Part shown: positions 17,029 to 24,659 of the stretch, one piece after another
Position numbering within the stretch: the stretch's first letter is position 1
Layout of the letters: the number at the start of each line of letters is the position of its first letter
IMG/VR virus record: IMGVR_UViG_3300027559_000001
Location: 1 to 39,088 of that record
DNA length: 39,088 nucleotides
Strand: one strand, 5' to 3'
Origin: a virus
Notes under the pieces: model-generated
Database searches by the model: none
The model's input: the letters and a program-made list of their open reading frames with translations, nothing else
What the model was told of the DNA's origin: nothing
Position numbers and translations under genes: made by a program

Positions 17029-18218
17029 TGGCTGGTTTTGACAATCAAGTAATGTTTGCAAATAACGTAGACTTTCGCGGGGTAAATCCTGTGGTGGGTC
17101 AAGTCATTGCTAACGGTCAGCTATTAATTGGTTCGGTTACTGGAGCTCCGATTCAAGCAAATACCCTTTCCTCTGCGGATGGTTCGGTGACGATTACGAA
17201 CGGACCGGGATCAATTGATTTAAAAGTGGATGGGGGCACCACTGTCGTCACAAGTCTCGTGCCTCAAATTGGTACCTCACCGGTATCTCCAGTAGGCGGC
17301 GTGATCAATCTTAACGGGGCGGTCGTGGCAGCGGGAACAAATCCCGTGCGGACGGATGGAACGGGAACAAATAATTTAGCCATTCAATTGCAGACATCGC
17401 AAGCGATAGCATCGACGAATGCGGCAAATATTGGCCTATCAGCTTTTAATTCCGAAGCCTTTAGTGTGGACGGAAATGGTTTCGTTTCGCTGATCGGTGG
17501 GGGCATCCCCACAACAGATTTTGACGTGGATGCGCATACATCTCCTGGAACCAATCCGGTAGTCCCTTCATCTTCTGGCATCGTGACCATAACAGGGGGG
17601 CAGGTAGCGGCAGGAACTACCTCAAATGTTATCCGAACTAACTCGCTAGCTGCAAATACTTATGCAGTTCAGGTTCAAAGATCTCAGGCTGTGGCTTCTT
17701 CCACTGTTGGAGCTAATGGGGTATCCCATTTCAATAGCGCCCAATTTACCGTTGATTCTAACGGATTTGTGAGTGCAACAGGAACCCTACCAATCCAATT
17801 TACCGGTGATAGTGGAACCCCAGCGGTTCCCTCAGGTGGCAATATTAATATTCTGGGTGGACCTGGAGTCACTACAAGCACAGCGGGAAGTACGGTAACT
17901 ATTAACTCAGTCGTTTTTACGGATCAAGGATCATCAACCACGGTAGCCTCCGATAATGGTTATTTCGTAACAGGCACTTTCAATATGACTCTGCCAGCAT
18001 CTCCCGTACAAGGAGAAATGGTGATCATCTATGCCGATACGACAAACACGGTAACAATTACAGCTAATACAGGTCAAGTCATTCGTCAAGGAACGAATGT
18101 AACGGCCTCTGCTGGTTCCATTACTTCTGGAGCTCAGGGAGACTCGCTCACCCTTCGTTATCGCTCAACTGGAGCCGAATGGAACGCTGTGGGATCAACC
18201 GGGGGATGGATATTCTAA
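17028..18218 (+). CDS. Tail fibre protein with internal tandem repeats of about 95 aa
   Basis: Repeat 1 is roughly nt 17295-17495 and repeat 2 roughly 17577-17775. Both end in G(L/V)S.FNS..F(S/T)VD.NGFVS. A partial third copy lies at 17835-17905. Confidence 0.7.
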   Translation: MAGFDNQVMFANNVDFRGVNPVVGQVIANGQLLIGSVTGAPIQANTLSSADGSVTITNGPGSIDLKVDGGTTVVTSLVPQIGTSPVSPVGGVINLNGAVVAAGTNPVRTDGTGTNNLAIQLQTSQAIASTNAANIGLSAFNSEAFSVDGNGFVSLIGGGIPTTDFDVDAHTSPGTNPVVPSSSGIVTITGGQVAAGTTSNVIRTNSLAANTYAVQVQRSQAVASSTVGANGVSHFNSAQFTVDSNGFVSATGTLPIQFTGDSGTPAVPSGGNINILGGPGVTTSTAGSTVTINSVVFTDQGSSTTVASDNGYFVTGTFNMTLPASPVQGEMVIIYADTTNTVTITANTGQVIRQGTNVTASAGSITSGAQGDSLTLRYRSTGAEWNAVGSTGGWIF

Positions 18219-18367
18219 TGACAAAATGCGTTTCTTGCGATGAGCCTACTGACTTAGATTTTTTGATGTGCGAACGTTGTCGAGATGTTTGTCGCCAAAA
18301 GACAAAACAAAATAATTCCCTAAAGACTCCATGCAGAGGTAAAGATGCCGCTAAAGACAGCCGATAA
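18218..18367 (+). CDS. Cys-rich micro-protein (49 aa, CxxC...CxxC)
   Basis: TAATG coupling to the fibre gene. MTKCVSCDEPTDLDFLMCERCRDVCRQK... It overlaps the next ORF by 23 nt. Confidence 0.4.
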   Translation: MTKCVSCDEPTDLDFLMCERCRDVCRQKTKQNNSLKTPCRGKDAAKDSR

Positions 18368-19685
18368 TAATTATTCTACAACTCGATGGATTGTAAGCGC
18401 AAATTATTCTGATGGATGTAGCCATACAAGCTTAGCTTCGGCCTATGCTTCTTCTAATGCCGGGGATACTATTGTTATCCGAGATGGCACTTATAGTATT
18501 GGCACTCAGGCTATGAAAGCAGGGGTGAATATAGCGGCTTGGAATGGGAATGAGCTAACCCCAAATGTCACTCTCATTGGAACTTTAACAGCTTCCTTTG
18601 CAGGTTCTGCATCGATTTCAGGGATATGTCTCCAAACCAATTCTGCTAATTTTTTAAACGTGTCTGGATCTTCGGCGACAGTTATCAATATGGAAAATTG
18701 CTATCTGAATTGCACAAATAATACAGGCATTTCCTTTTCCAGTTCATCCGCTTCGTCGCAGATTCTTATAACGAATTGTAGAGGTGATTTGGGAACGACA
18801 AGCATTGGATTATATTCTTCAACTTCTGCAGGTTTGATCTTAGTTGAAAAAACAATTATGACCAACTCAGGAAATAGTGCAACAGCTTCCACCCACTCGG
18901 CTGGAACCGTTTCAATCCTTTATAGCCGTCTGCCAATTCCTTTTGCTTCAAGTGGAACTGGTACCTTTGGAACAATTAATTTTACCCTAATCGATACATC
19001 GCCCACGAATACCACCTCGTTAACTCATAACGGTTCGACTAATTGTACTATTGCTTCATCGTATCTTTCTAGTGGAACGGCAACATGTCTTGTTATCGGA
19101 AGTGGCGCGACCGTTCAAGCAAATGATATTCAACTTAGGACGGGAAATACTAATGCTGCCTCGGGAGCTGGGACCCTAACATATACGGATATCCAGTATA
19201 TGGGTATAGGTAAAGGACTTTCTGTAACAACTTTAAATCGTCAACAAGTAGAAGGTGGGTTTTTTCGGGGTATTCAAGATGCAACAACTCCGGGCACAGG
19301 ATGCTTGGGGGAAAGGTTTTCATCTAATGTGCTAACTGGTTCTGCTGTTTCTGTTTCTAATGCCTCAGCTAAGACTATTACCTCTATTACTTTGAGCGCT
19401 GGATGTTGGGACATTAGCGCAATTGGTTGTGCAAAAGGCACTTTAACAGGAACGGACTTCCAGGTATGTATTTCGACCTCAACCAATTCCATCACAGGAG
19501 CTAATGGAGATAACGTTGCTCGCACACCTACAATGCCAACGGCAAATTCAGATTCCACCTTGGTTGTTCCTGCCTGGAGAGTAAATATTGCATCTTCGAC
19601 TACTTATTTTCTAGTGATGCAAATCAATTATTCTGCTGGAACAGGTACAGGATATGGAAGAATTTCAGCCGTTAGGGTTGCTTAG
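18345..19685 (+). CDS. Tailspike with a right-handed parallel beta-helix (candidate depolymerase)
   Basis: 446 aa. The periodic Ser/Thr/Asn/Gly-rich approximately 22-aa rungs (..NCYLNCTNNTGISFSSS.., ..ILITNCRGDLGTTSIG..) are typical of pectate-lyase-like folds. Confidence 0.6.
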   Translation: MPLKTADNNYSTTRWIVSANYSDGCSHTSLASAYASSNAGDTIVIRDGTYSIGTQAMKAGVNIAAWNGNELTPNVTLIGTLTASFAGSASISGICLQTNSANFLNVSGSSATVINMENCYLNCTNNTGISFSSSSASSQILITNCRGDLGTTSIGLYSSTSAGLILVEKTIMTNSGNSATASTHSAGTVSILYSRLPIPFASSGTGTFGTINFTLIDTSPTNTTSLTHNGSTNCTIASSYLSSGTATCLVIGSGATVQANDIQLRTGNTNAASGAGTLTYTDIQYMGIGKGLSVTTLNRQQVEGGFFRGIQDATTPGTGCLGERFSSNVLTGSAVSVSNASAKTITSITLSAGCWDISAIGCAKGTLTGTDFQVCISTSTNSITGANGDNVARTPTMPTANSDSTLVVPAWRVNIASSTTYFLVMQINYSAGTGTGYGRISAVRVA

Positions 19686-19764
19686 AAGCAATTAAAAGTG
19701 CTGCCCCAACGATTCCAATGAAGAATCCGACACTGAGATAAAGTAAAATTTCTCCGTAATGCAT
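19672..19764 (-). CDS. Tiny TM peptide (30 aa)
   Basis: MHYGEILLYLSVGFFIGIVGAALLIASKQP. ATGA overlap with the upstream gene. The 3' end overlaps the tailspike stop convergently. Confidence 0.3.
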   Translation of the reverse strand: MHYGEILLYLSVGFFIGIVGAALLIASKQP

Positions 19765-19949
19765 CACGATTGATCACCTAATGGATAAAGACTCTTAAAA
19801 GCTTGTCCAGCCCTTAGGTCCTGATACTTCTCCGCGTCTGTTCTCTTATCCGTTGATGGAATCCTTTCTATCTTTTGCCTGTAAATCATTTTAGGGCTAG
19901 CTTGCAAAGGACAATCTTGGGGTTGCAATTTTGGTAATGGTGCGGTCAT
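19764..19949 (-). CDS. Hypothetical protein (61 aa)
   Basis: ATGA-coupled on both sides within the leftward operon. Confidence 0.5.
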   Translation of the reverse strand: MTAPLPKLQPQDCPLQASPKMIYRQKIERIPSTDKRTDAEKYQDLRAGQAFKSLYPLGDQS

Positions 19950-20119
19950 TTTGAACCTCCTGCCAATTCGGTAGGCATAATATTTTTCATGACTAAAACA
20001 GTTTTTATGATTGTAACGTCTTTTTCAATTTCATTAATTTTTGTATTTAAATTCCAGAAACATCCTACAAAAGTTGCAATGATTGCAATAGTGTCCGCAT
20101 GTTGCTTGAGCCAATCCAT
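19946..20119 (-). CDS. Small TM plus coiled-coil protein (57 aa)
   Basis: GAGGTG RBS. MDWLKQHADTIAIIATFVGCFWNLNTKINEIEKDV... Below the track cutoff. Confidence 0.5.
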   Translation of the reverse strand: MDWLKQHADTIAIIATFVGCFWNLNTKINEIEKDVTIIKTVLVMKNIMPTELAGGSK

Positions 20120-20256
20120 TATTCACCTCTTGATTTTGCCCATATCATATCAATGAGCAATATTTCAAGTCGAGTTCTTTCCTGTTCAGGCTTAGCCTTT
20201 GCCTCAATGATTTTGACTACTGTTTTCACATGTGGGGTCAAGCTGGGTGGTTCCAT
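20119..20256 (-). CDS. Micro-ORF (45 aa)
   Basis: MEPPSLTPHVKTVVKIIEAKAKPEQERTRLEILLIDMIWAKSRGE. Its TAATG overlaps the next start. Confidence 0.35.
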   Translation of the reverse strand: MEPPSLTPHVKTVVKIIEAKAKPEQERTRLEILLIDMIWAKSRGE

Positions 20257-20270
20257 TACATTTCCACATC

Positions 20271-20576
20271 CTAATCTGGTTTCTTTTTGTTATCTTTCTT
20301 TTTCTGACTTTCTCTCAAAGAGCCATTGGCCATAGCGACAACGCCTTTGACTTCAAGGATCATGTGGTTAAGTCGATTGAAATTGTCATGGTATTTTTGT
20401 TGGGCTTCAATCAATTTGTTAATATTGAGGGTTTTTAATCCTTGATTAATTTCTAATAAACGGTCTGTATTTCGTTCAGACTCCATATCTAATCTTCTAT
20501 GCATATCATCAATATGTTCAAAAATTAGTTCTAATTTTTCCAGCATTTCAGCATGACGCTGTTTCATTCCAAACAT
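20271..20576 (-). CDS. Coiled-coil protein (101 aa) with a basic tail
   Basis: Clean minus ORF. The plus-strand ORFs 20099..20335 and 20232..20438 look like antisense shadows. Confidence 0.65.
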   Translation of the reverse strand: MFGMKQRHAEMLEKLELIFEHIDDMHRRLDMESERNTDRLLEINQGLKTLNINKLIEAQQKYHDNFNRLNHMILEVKGVVAMANGSLRESQKKKDNKKKPD

Positions 20577-20578
20577 TA

Positions 20579-20977
20579 TTATTTCTCTCTATTGTAATAA
20601 ATTTTGTTTTTATCGATATCACTGATAAAATTTTGTAATTTAAAATCGATCGTTCTTAAAAGTTCAGTCATGTCCTTTACTTGGTTTCTCATATCAGAGA
20701 TAATTGAGGGAATATTATTTATCATAATTTTTACATTTTCTTCGTTCACAGGCATTTCATCGCGAAAGTGAAGATTGTTTTCATGTAATAGTCTTTGCAT
20801 TTCTCTCAAAGAAAATTTTCCAACATTTCTCCAGCTCATAATTTCTCTGGTTGTAAATGTCGCAAGCGTCCCTAACGTATGAATATTGTTAAATTTTAAA
20901 ATATTTTCTGTGCGCACACTCATTTCAAACCAATGCAATGGACGTACTTCTGGAGGAAGATTGCATTCCTCATCCAT
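20579..20977 (-). CDS. RNA polymerase alpha-subunit C-terminal-domain-like (helix-hairpin-helix) protein with a coiled-coil tail
   Basis: LHWFEMSVRTENILKFNNIHTLGTLATFTTREIMSWRNVGKFSLREMQRLLHENNL aligns by eye to E. coli RpoA CTD ([53 protein letters not shown]). ATGA-coupled to GroES. Confidence 0.7.
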   Translation of the reverse strand: MDEECNLPPEVRPLHWFEMSVRTENILKFNNIHTLGTLATFTTREIMSWRNVGKFSLREMQRLLHENNLHFRDEMPVNEENVKIMINNIPSIISDMRNQVKDMTELLRTIDFKLQNFISDIDKNKIYYNREK

Positions 20978-21243
20978 TATTCCCTCACAATTGTTAATAT
21001 GTCATCTGGCTTGACTACGTAATAATCTCGATCGCCATAACTCAGCTCTACATATGAGTATTTACTGATGATGACAGCATTACCTGTTTGGAGCTTCTCT
21101 GGCGCATCAGGACCTTTAGCCACTACCCTGGCATGGATAAACTCTTTTTTCGCCTTGGTGACCACAATAAGCCCTCCTATACTGCGAGTTTCAGGCTCGA
21201 ATGGCTCAACGATTATATTTTTGCCTAATGGCTCAAGATTCAT
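20977..21243 (-). CDS. groES: Co-chaperonin GroES-like
   Basis: 88 aa. MNLEPLGKNIIVEPFEPETRSIGGLIV...ARVVAKGP...GNAVIISKYSYVELSYGDRDYYVVKPDDILTIV follows the Cpn10 pattern along its whole length. Confidence 0.8.
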   Translation of the reverse strand: MNLEPLGKNIIVEPFEPETRSIGGLIVVTKAKKEFIHARVVAKGPDAPEKLQTGNAVIISKYSYVELSYGDRDYYVVKPDDILTIVRE

Positions 21244-21247
21244 CTTT

Positions 21248-21907
21248 TTACTCCAGGTTTATTTCGATTGGAAAGTTTACAGGTTTATAGGCTCGGTTAA
21301 CTTGCGAGGCATTGACGAATTGCATATGAGGCATTTCATAGTCGCCACACAAACCAAATCCTTCATGGATGTGTCCAAATACATGCAACTTTAAGTTTTT
21401 GAGCTGTTTAATGCGTACCAGTAATGAAGTTGATCCCGAGTGAAATAGAGTGCCGTCATAGAAGTTTGGAATACCATCAAGGATACTAAAAGGTGGAGAA
21501 TGAGTAATGAGAACATTAGTATCATCAGGTATGAGAGCCCACTTTTCAATTAACTCTTCCTCTGTTTTCAAGGTAAATGCTTTGCACTTTGGGTTCATCC
21601 CAGGAAATTCTTTTGTCCAAGGTGATCCCCAGATTTTAAATCCATTGAATGAACATTCTTTATCTTCAAGGTAAGTTCCAAATTGTAATTTTAATCTTTT
21701 TTCTAGCAAAACATTGTCATGATTGCCGCCAATTATGATTTTAGCTGCATAGTTTTGTTCGTTAAGCCAATAATCAAAAAGCGCCATTTCATTTTCCAGA
21801 TCTCTAGAAGTCAAATCCCCGGCAACGATCAATAGATCGCCCCCAGGAAGCTTTGGATACTTACCATGTAAATCTGCTGTACATGTGATTTTCATGTGAA
21901 TCGCCAT
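21248..21907 (-). CDS. Calcineurin-like metallophosphoesterase
   Basis: Motifs DLHG, GDL, GNHD, THSPP and GHIHEG. The likely true start is MKITCTADLHG at 21895, which is ATGA-coupled to the upstream micro-ORF. Confidence 0.8.
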   Translation of the reverse strand: MAIHMKITCTADLHGKYPKLPGGDLLIVAGDLTSRDLENEMALFDYWLNEQNYAAKIIIGGNHDNVLLEKRLKLQFGTYLEDKECSFNGFKIWGSPWTKEFPGMNPKCKAFTLKTEEELIEKWALIPDDTNVLITHSPPFSILDGIPNFYDGTLFHSGSTSLLVRIKQLKNLKLHVFGHIHEGFGLCGDYEMPHMQFVNASQVNRAYKPVNFPIEINLE

Positions 21908-21987
21908 TTTGTGATGGGTTTCTTAAAGCGATAGTAGTTATCTTTAAGGGGGCATTCTCCCCTAGTGCACATGGTTATATCAGGCAT
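21892..21987 (-). CDS. Micro-ORF (31 aa) ending in the same PITKWRFT tail as the exonuclease
   Basis: MPDITMCTRGECPLKDNYYRFKKPITKWRFT. TAATG-coupled upstream and ATGA-coupled downstream. The tail is identical to the last 8 aa of 22223..23131 but uses different codons. Confidence 0.5.
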   Translation of the reverse strand: MPDITMCTRGECPLKDNYYRFKKPITKWRFT

Positions 21988-22223
21988 TATGCACACCATC
22001 TAGAAAAGTCTATACTAGAACTTTGTAAAGCTTTTGCAGCACAATCTTCAGGATTTTCGCACCTTCCTTGCGCTATAGCCTCTAAAACTGCACAATGTAG
22101 ACTGTCTTCATAAGAATGAGCTCTTTCATCATCATAAGATATACTCTCTAGATAAAGCAACGCATCAAGGATAACTGAAGGAGTGATTTTATCAGGCCAC
22201 ATTGGTGGCTTCTTATGTTCCAT
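21987..22223 (-). CDS. Hypothetical protein (78 aa)
   Basis: GAGG lies 8 nt before the ATG at 22223 (MEHKKPPMW); the ORF opens at 22238. TAATG overlap with the exonuclease stop. Confidence 0.6.
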   Translation of the reverse strand: MEHKKPPMWPDKITPSVILDALLYLESISYDDERAHSYEDSLHCAVLEAIAQGRCENPEDCAAKALQSSSIDFSRWCA

Positions 22224-23131
22224 TATGTAAACCTCCACTTCGTGATAGGCTCTTTTCGATAAGCATCCAAGTTTATCCCTATCAACTCAGGAATCGAGTT
22301 ATAATTCACTCTTCCTTTTTCGACGATCTTGCACACTCTTATGCCCCCCCCAATTGTACTTTGGCCTCCAGTCATTAGGAGTAAATCATTCTTCACAGCA
22401 TCTTTCTCTTTTTCTAGGTCCTTTATGGCATCATCGAGTTGTTTATATCTCTCTGCCTTTGTCTTCCAGTCTTCAGATTCATTTTGCACAAAATCTTTGT
22501 TATCCAAAGATGGTGGGATAAAGTCTTTAACATGTTTCCAAAACTGATGAAGTCTTTCCATCATCGAGGTGACATAACCCATGTTCCTTACAATTGGAAC
22601 AATCACGGTGTCTCCTAAGTCTTTTAATTCACCGCTTTCTAGGATAGCTCCATGATTGGAAATGTAGAGCATGGTATCTAGGCCCATAACTTCCATGATG
22701 CCATTGACTTGACCCACATATTTGTCAGGAATCATCCCAAATTTAGCAAGCTCATGGTCTAACTTATTTGCCGTTTTTATCTCAATAACTGTTTTACCAT
22801 CTGAAGATATTCCGTCTAAGCTTGCGCCAAAATAGGCAATTTTGGGATGCTGATAAACGCAAGGTTGAAATTCTGTTTCAAGTTTGCGTGATACATAGTT
22901 CCTTACGTGGGGTTCTAGAACAACCCCACGTTTCATTGCCTCACTTTGCTGTTGCGTCTCACCTAAGCCTACCATCTCTTCCCATAGCTGATAACGGGTT
23001 TTGTAAGGACTTTCCCCCATGATAACGGGTATTTTAGAGGCTGTGAGTGTATTCAGGCGCCACTTGTGCCATTGTGGGGAGCCTTGTAAAACATCAATCT
23101 TTATTGGTTCATGCCGCATTGATAACCTCAC
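22223..23131 (-). CDS. YqaJ-type (lambda Exo-like, PD-(D/E)XK) recombination exonuclease
   Basis: GSPQWHKWRLNTLTASKIPVIMGESPYKTRYQLWEEMVG is the YqaJ N-terminal signature. It is paired with RecT. An alternative start lies at 23119. Confidence 0.8.
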   Translation of the reverse strand: MRLSMRHEPIKIDVLQGSPQWHKWRLNTLTASKIPVIMGESPYKTRYQLWEEMVGLGETQQQSEAMKRGVVLEPHVRNYVSRKLETEFQPCVYQHPKIAYFGASLDGISSDGKTVIEIKTANKLDHELAKFGMIPDKYVGQVNGIMEVMGLDTMLYISNHGAILESGELKDLGDTVIVPIVRNMGYVTSMMERLHQFWKHVKDFIPPSLDNKDFVQNESEDWKTKAERYKQLDDAIKDLEKEKDAVKNDLLLMTGGQSTIGGGIRVCKIVEKGRVNYNSIPELIGINLDAYRKEPITKWRFT

Positions 23132-23915
23132 CTGTTTTTAAATCCATTTCTAGGTTTGCTTTTTCTACTTCTTTGAGCTTTTCCTGAATACGGTTCAAAA
23201 GAATCTCATAGTCTTCACTTGTGAGATTTTTGAATCCCTTCTTTTTATCTACAACATTGTTGGTCACCATTTTGCGAAAGTTTTCAGGGCATTTGCTAAG
23301 TTCTAACGCAAGAAATTCATGCATCTCAGCAGTTACCCCTGGCACTTCTATGGTTTCCACATCATCGCTATAATGCTGGGCCTCAGCTTCACTTGATGGA
23401 AGATCCCCGCAAATATCTGGAAATGCTTTCTTGATAGAGGCCATCTCAGCGCATTTGATTAACTGACTTTTAGCACGTTCTCTCCAGGTTGCATTCGCCT
23501 CTCTTTGATCACCTTTACCCTTCATTTTAACGCATTCATCGTACCAGGCTTCACCGAAGACATCATGCCACGTTCCGTCTACGGTTCTTTTCTTAATCCA
23601 AACTTTTGCATAGACGGGCATTCCTCGATCATCGAAAGAAAGTTCAGTAGCTCTATCGCTTGGTGCATAATTGCCTGTCCTATCAGCAAGAGCTCTATAC
23701 CCTCCAATCCCTAAGATTGTCTGCATCACATTCCTGCCTGCACCACTATCCCAAATTGGGATCGCATGCACCTGCTTCATGAAAGGATCTAAGTTAAATT
23801 TCTTGCACAAATGGCTGAAAATGAAATACTCGGCATCAGAACAGCCTTTCGCCACGCTAGTCTTAACGGCCGCTTCCACCTCTTTGGTCCATTCGATCTT
23901 CATTAATTGACTCAT
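23109..23915 (-). CDS. recT: RecT/Bet-family single-strand annealing protein
   Basis: FNLDPFMKQVHAIP...ILGIGGYRALADRTGNY...QLIKCAEMASIKKAFPD fits RecT/Bet motifs as I recall them. It lies directly upstream of the exonuclease. Confidence 0.7.
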   Translation of the reverse strand: MSQLMKIEWTKEVEAAVKTSVAKGCSDAEYFIFSHLCKKFNLDPFMKQVHAIPIWDSGAGRNVMQTILGIGGYRALADRTGNYAPSDRATELSFDDRGMPVYAKVWIKKRTVDGTWHDVFGEAWYDECVKMKGKGDQREANATWRERAKSQLIKCAEMASIKKAFPDICGDLPSSEAEAQHYSDDVETIEVPGVTAEMHEFLALELSKCPENFRKMVTNNVVDKKKGFKNLTSEDYEILLNRIQEKLKEVEKANLEMDLKTGEVINAA

Positions 23916-24037
23916 GGTTTCTTCCTTTCGGGTTTGATTAAATTTTCTTCTATATTCTTCTCTAGATTTTCTAGGAACTCTTTCTCATCTTGTTTCAGCG
24001 ATTCGAAGAGAGTTTGCTTGTCAAATTCTTTTTCCAT
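23912..24037 (-). CDS. Acidic micro-protein (41 aa), first gene of the leftward operon
   Basis: MEKEFDKQTLFESLKQDEKEFLENLEKNIEENLIKPERKKP. ATGA-coupled to recT. The longer ORF up to 24337 runs through the divergent promoter region and the cro-like gene. Confidence 0.45.
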   Translation of the reverse strand: MEKEFDKQTLFESLKQDEKEFLENLEKNIEENLIKPERKKP

Positions 24038-24049
24038 CAGGGTTTCCTC

Positions 24050-24107
24050 TTGACTATAAAATATGCGTATGATAATAATATTACTAAAATAAGCGTATTT
24101 TACGCAA
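24050..24107. promoter_or_regulatory. Back-to-back divergent sigma70-like promoters with two operator-like direct repeats
   Basis: Rightward promoter: TTGACT (24050-55), N17, TAATAA (24073-78). Leftward promoter: TTGCGT (rc of 24102-07), N18, TAATAT (rc of 24078-83). The repeat TAAAATA(T/A)GCGTAT at 24057-70 and 24085-98 sits in each spacer. Confidence 0.5.
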
Positions 24108-24125
24108 CAGAAAAAGGAGAAAAAG

Positions 24126-24353
24126 ATGCAAATGAGAGAATATTTATCGAAAAAGGGTATATCGGCAGCTAAATTTTGCCGCGCATGTGACTTAGATTTA
24201 GCGACATTCAATAAAATCTTGAAAGGAGGAAATACAAGTTTTAGGATTGCTCTCAAAATCGTGAAATTTACCGATGATGAGGTGTCTCTTAACGAACTGG
24301 CTGGTCTTCCTAGAGTTCTTCCAAAAGGGTTTTTCAAATCTAACGAAAAATAA
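24126..24353 (+). CDS. Cro/XRE-like helix-turn-helix regulator
   Basis: GGAG RBS. REYLSKKGISAAKFCRACDLDLATFNKILKG is a typical HTH. It is the first gene of the rightward replication operon. Confidence 0.65.
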   Translation: MQMREYLSKKGISAAKFCRACDLDLATFNKILKGGNTSFRIALKIVKFTDDEVSLNELAGLPRVLPKGFFKSNEK

Positions 24354-24382
24354 AAAAGGCCTCGGCGATCCGCGCCGAAGCC
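24352..24382 (-). terminator. Minus-sense intrinsic terminator
   Basis: Arms 24358-67 and 24373-82 form 10 bp. The single odd pair is C.A in plus sense and G.U in minus sense. In minus sense TTTTTTA (24357-51) follows. Confidence 0.7.
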
Positions 24383-24624
24383 TTCCGTCTCCTAAACCTC
24401 AAATTTAAAAGACACACAAACGCAATGTGACTAGAAGCTTATCAAAGACGGTCTTTCTGGTCAATTTCTCTCTAGAATTAAAATTTTCTGGATTTTAAGT
24501 AAGACTTCAGCGACTCTCTGGCTCATTGCTCGCCAACGTGGCAAGCACTGAAAAGACAAAGCCCCCAACAGCTTAGACTCTGTTGAGGGCGGGATCCGAA
24601 TGGTTATTAGCGTGCCTTTCGATG
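24352..24624 (-). ncRNA. Candidate structured leftward RNA (about 270 nt), antisense to the cro-rep intercistronic leader
   Basis: Promoter at 24659-24631 (minus). Internal hairpins at 24561-24590 and 24527-24547 are intact only in minus sense. Terminator at 24382-24352. The only ORF is 15 codons. Confidence 0.5.
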
Positions 24625-24630
24625 TCGGTT

Positions 24631-24659
24631 ATTCTACTTACACATCACATTTGTGTAAA
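24631..24659 (-). promoter_or_regulatory. Sigma70-like promoter for the leftward RNA
   Basis: Minus strand reads TTTACA (rc of 24654-59), a 17-nt spacer, then TAGAAT (rc of 24631-36). Confidence 0.5.

Noticed and set aside
23912-24337. 141-aa minus ORF spanning the divergent promoter region and the cro-like gene
   Set aside because: Only the last 41 codons (from the ATG at 24037) precede recT with ATGA coupling. The upstream part covers the AT-rich promoter/operator region and lies antisense to an HTH gene with a good RBS.
24126-24353. A lambda-like lysogeny switch, implying a temperate lifestyle
   Set aside because: Only a Cro-like HTH and divergent promoters are present. I found no integrase, excisionase, CI-like repressor with a peptidase domain, or partition system. 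The ParB-like gene sits with the terminase and lacks a ParA partner.
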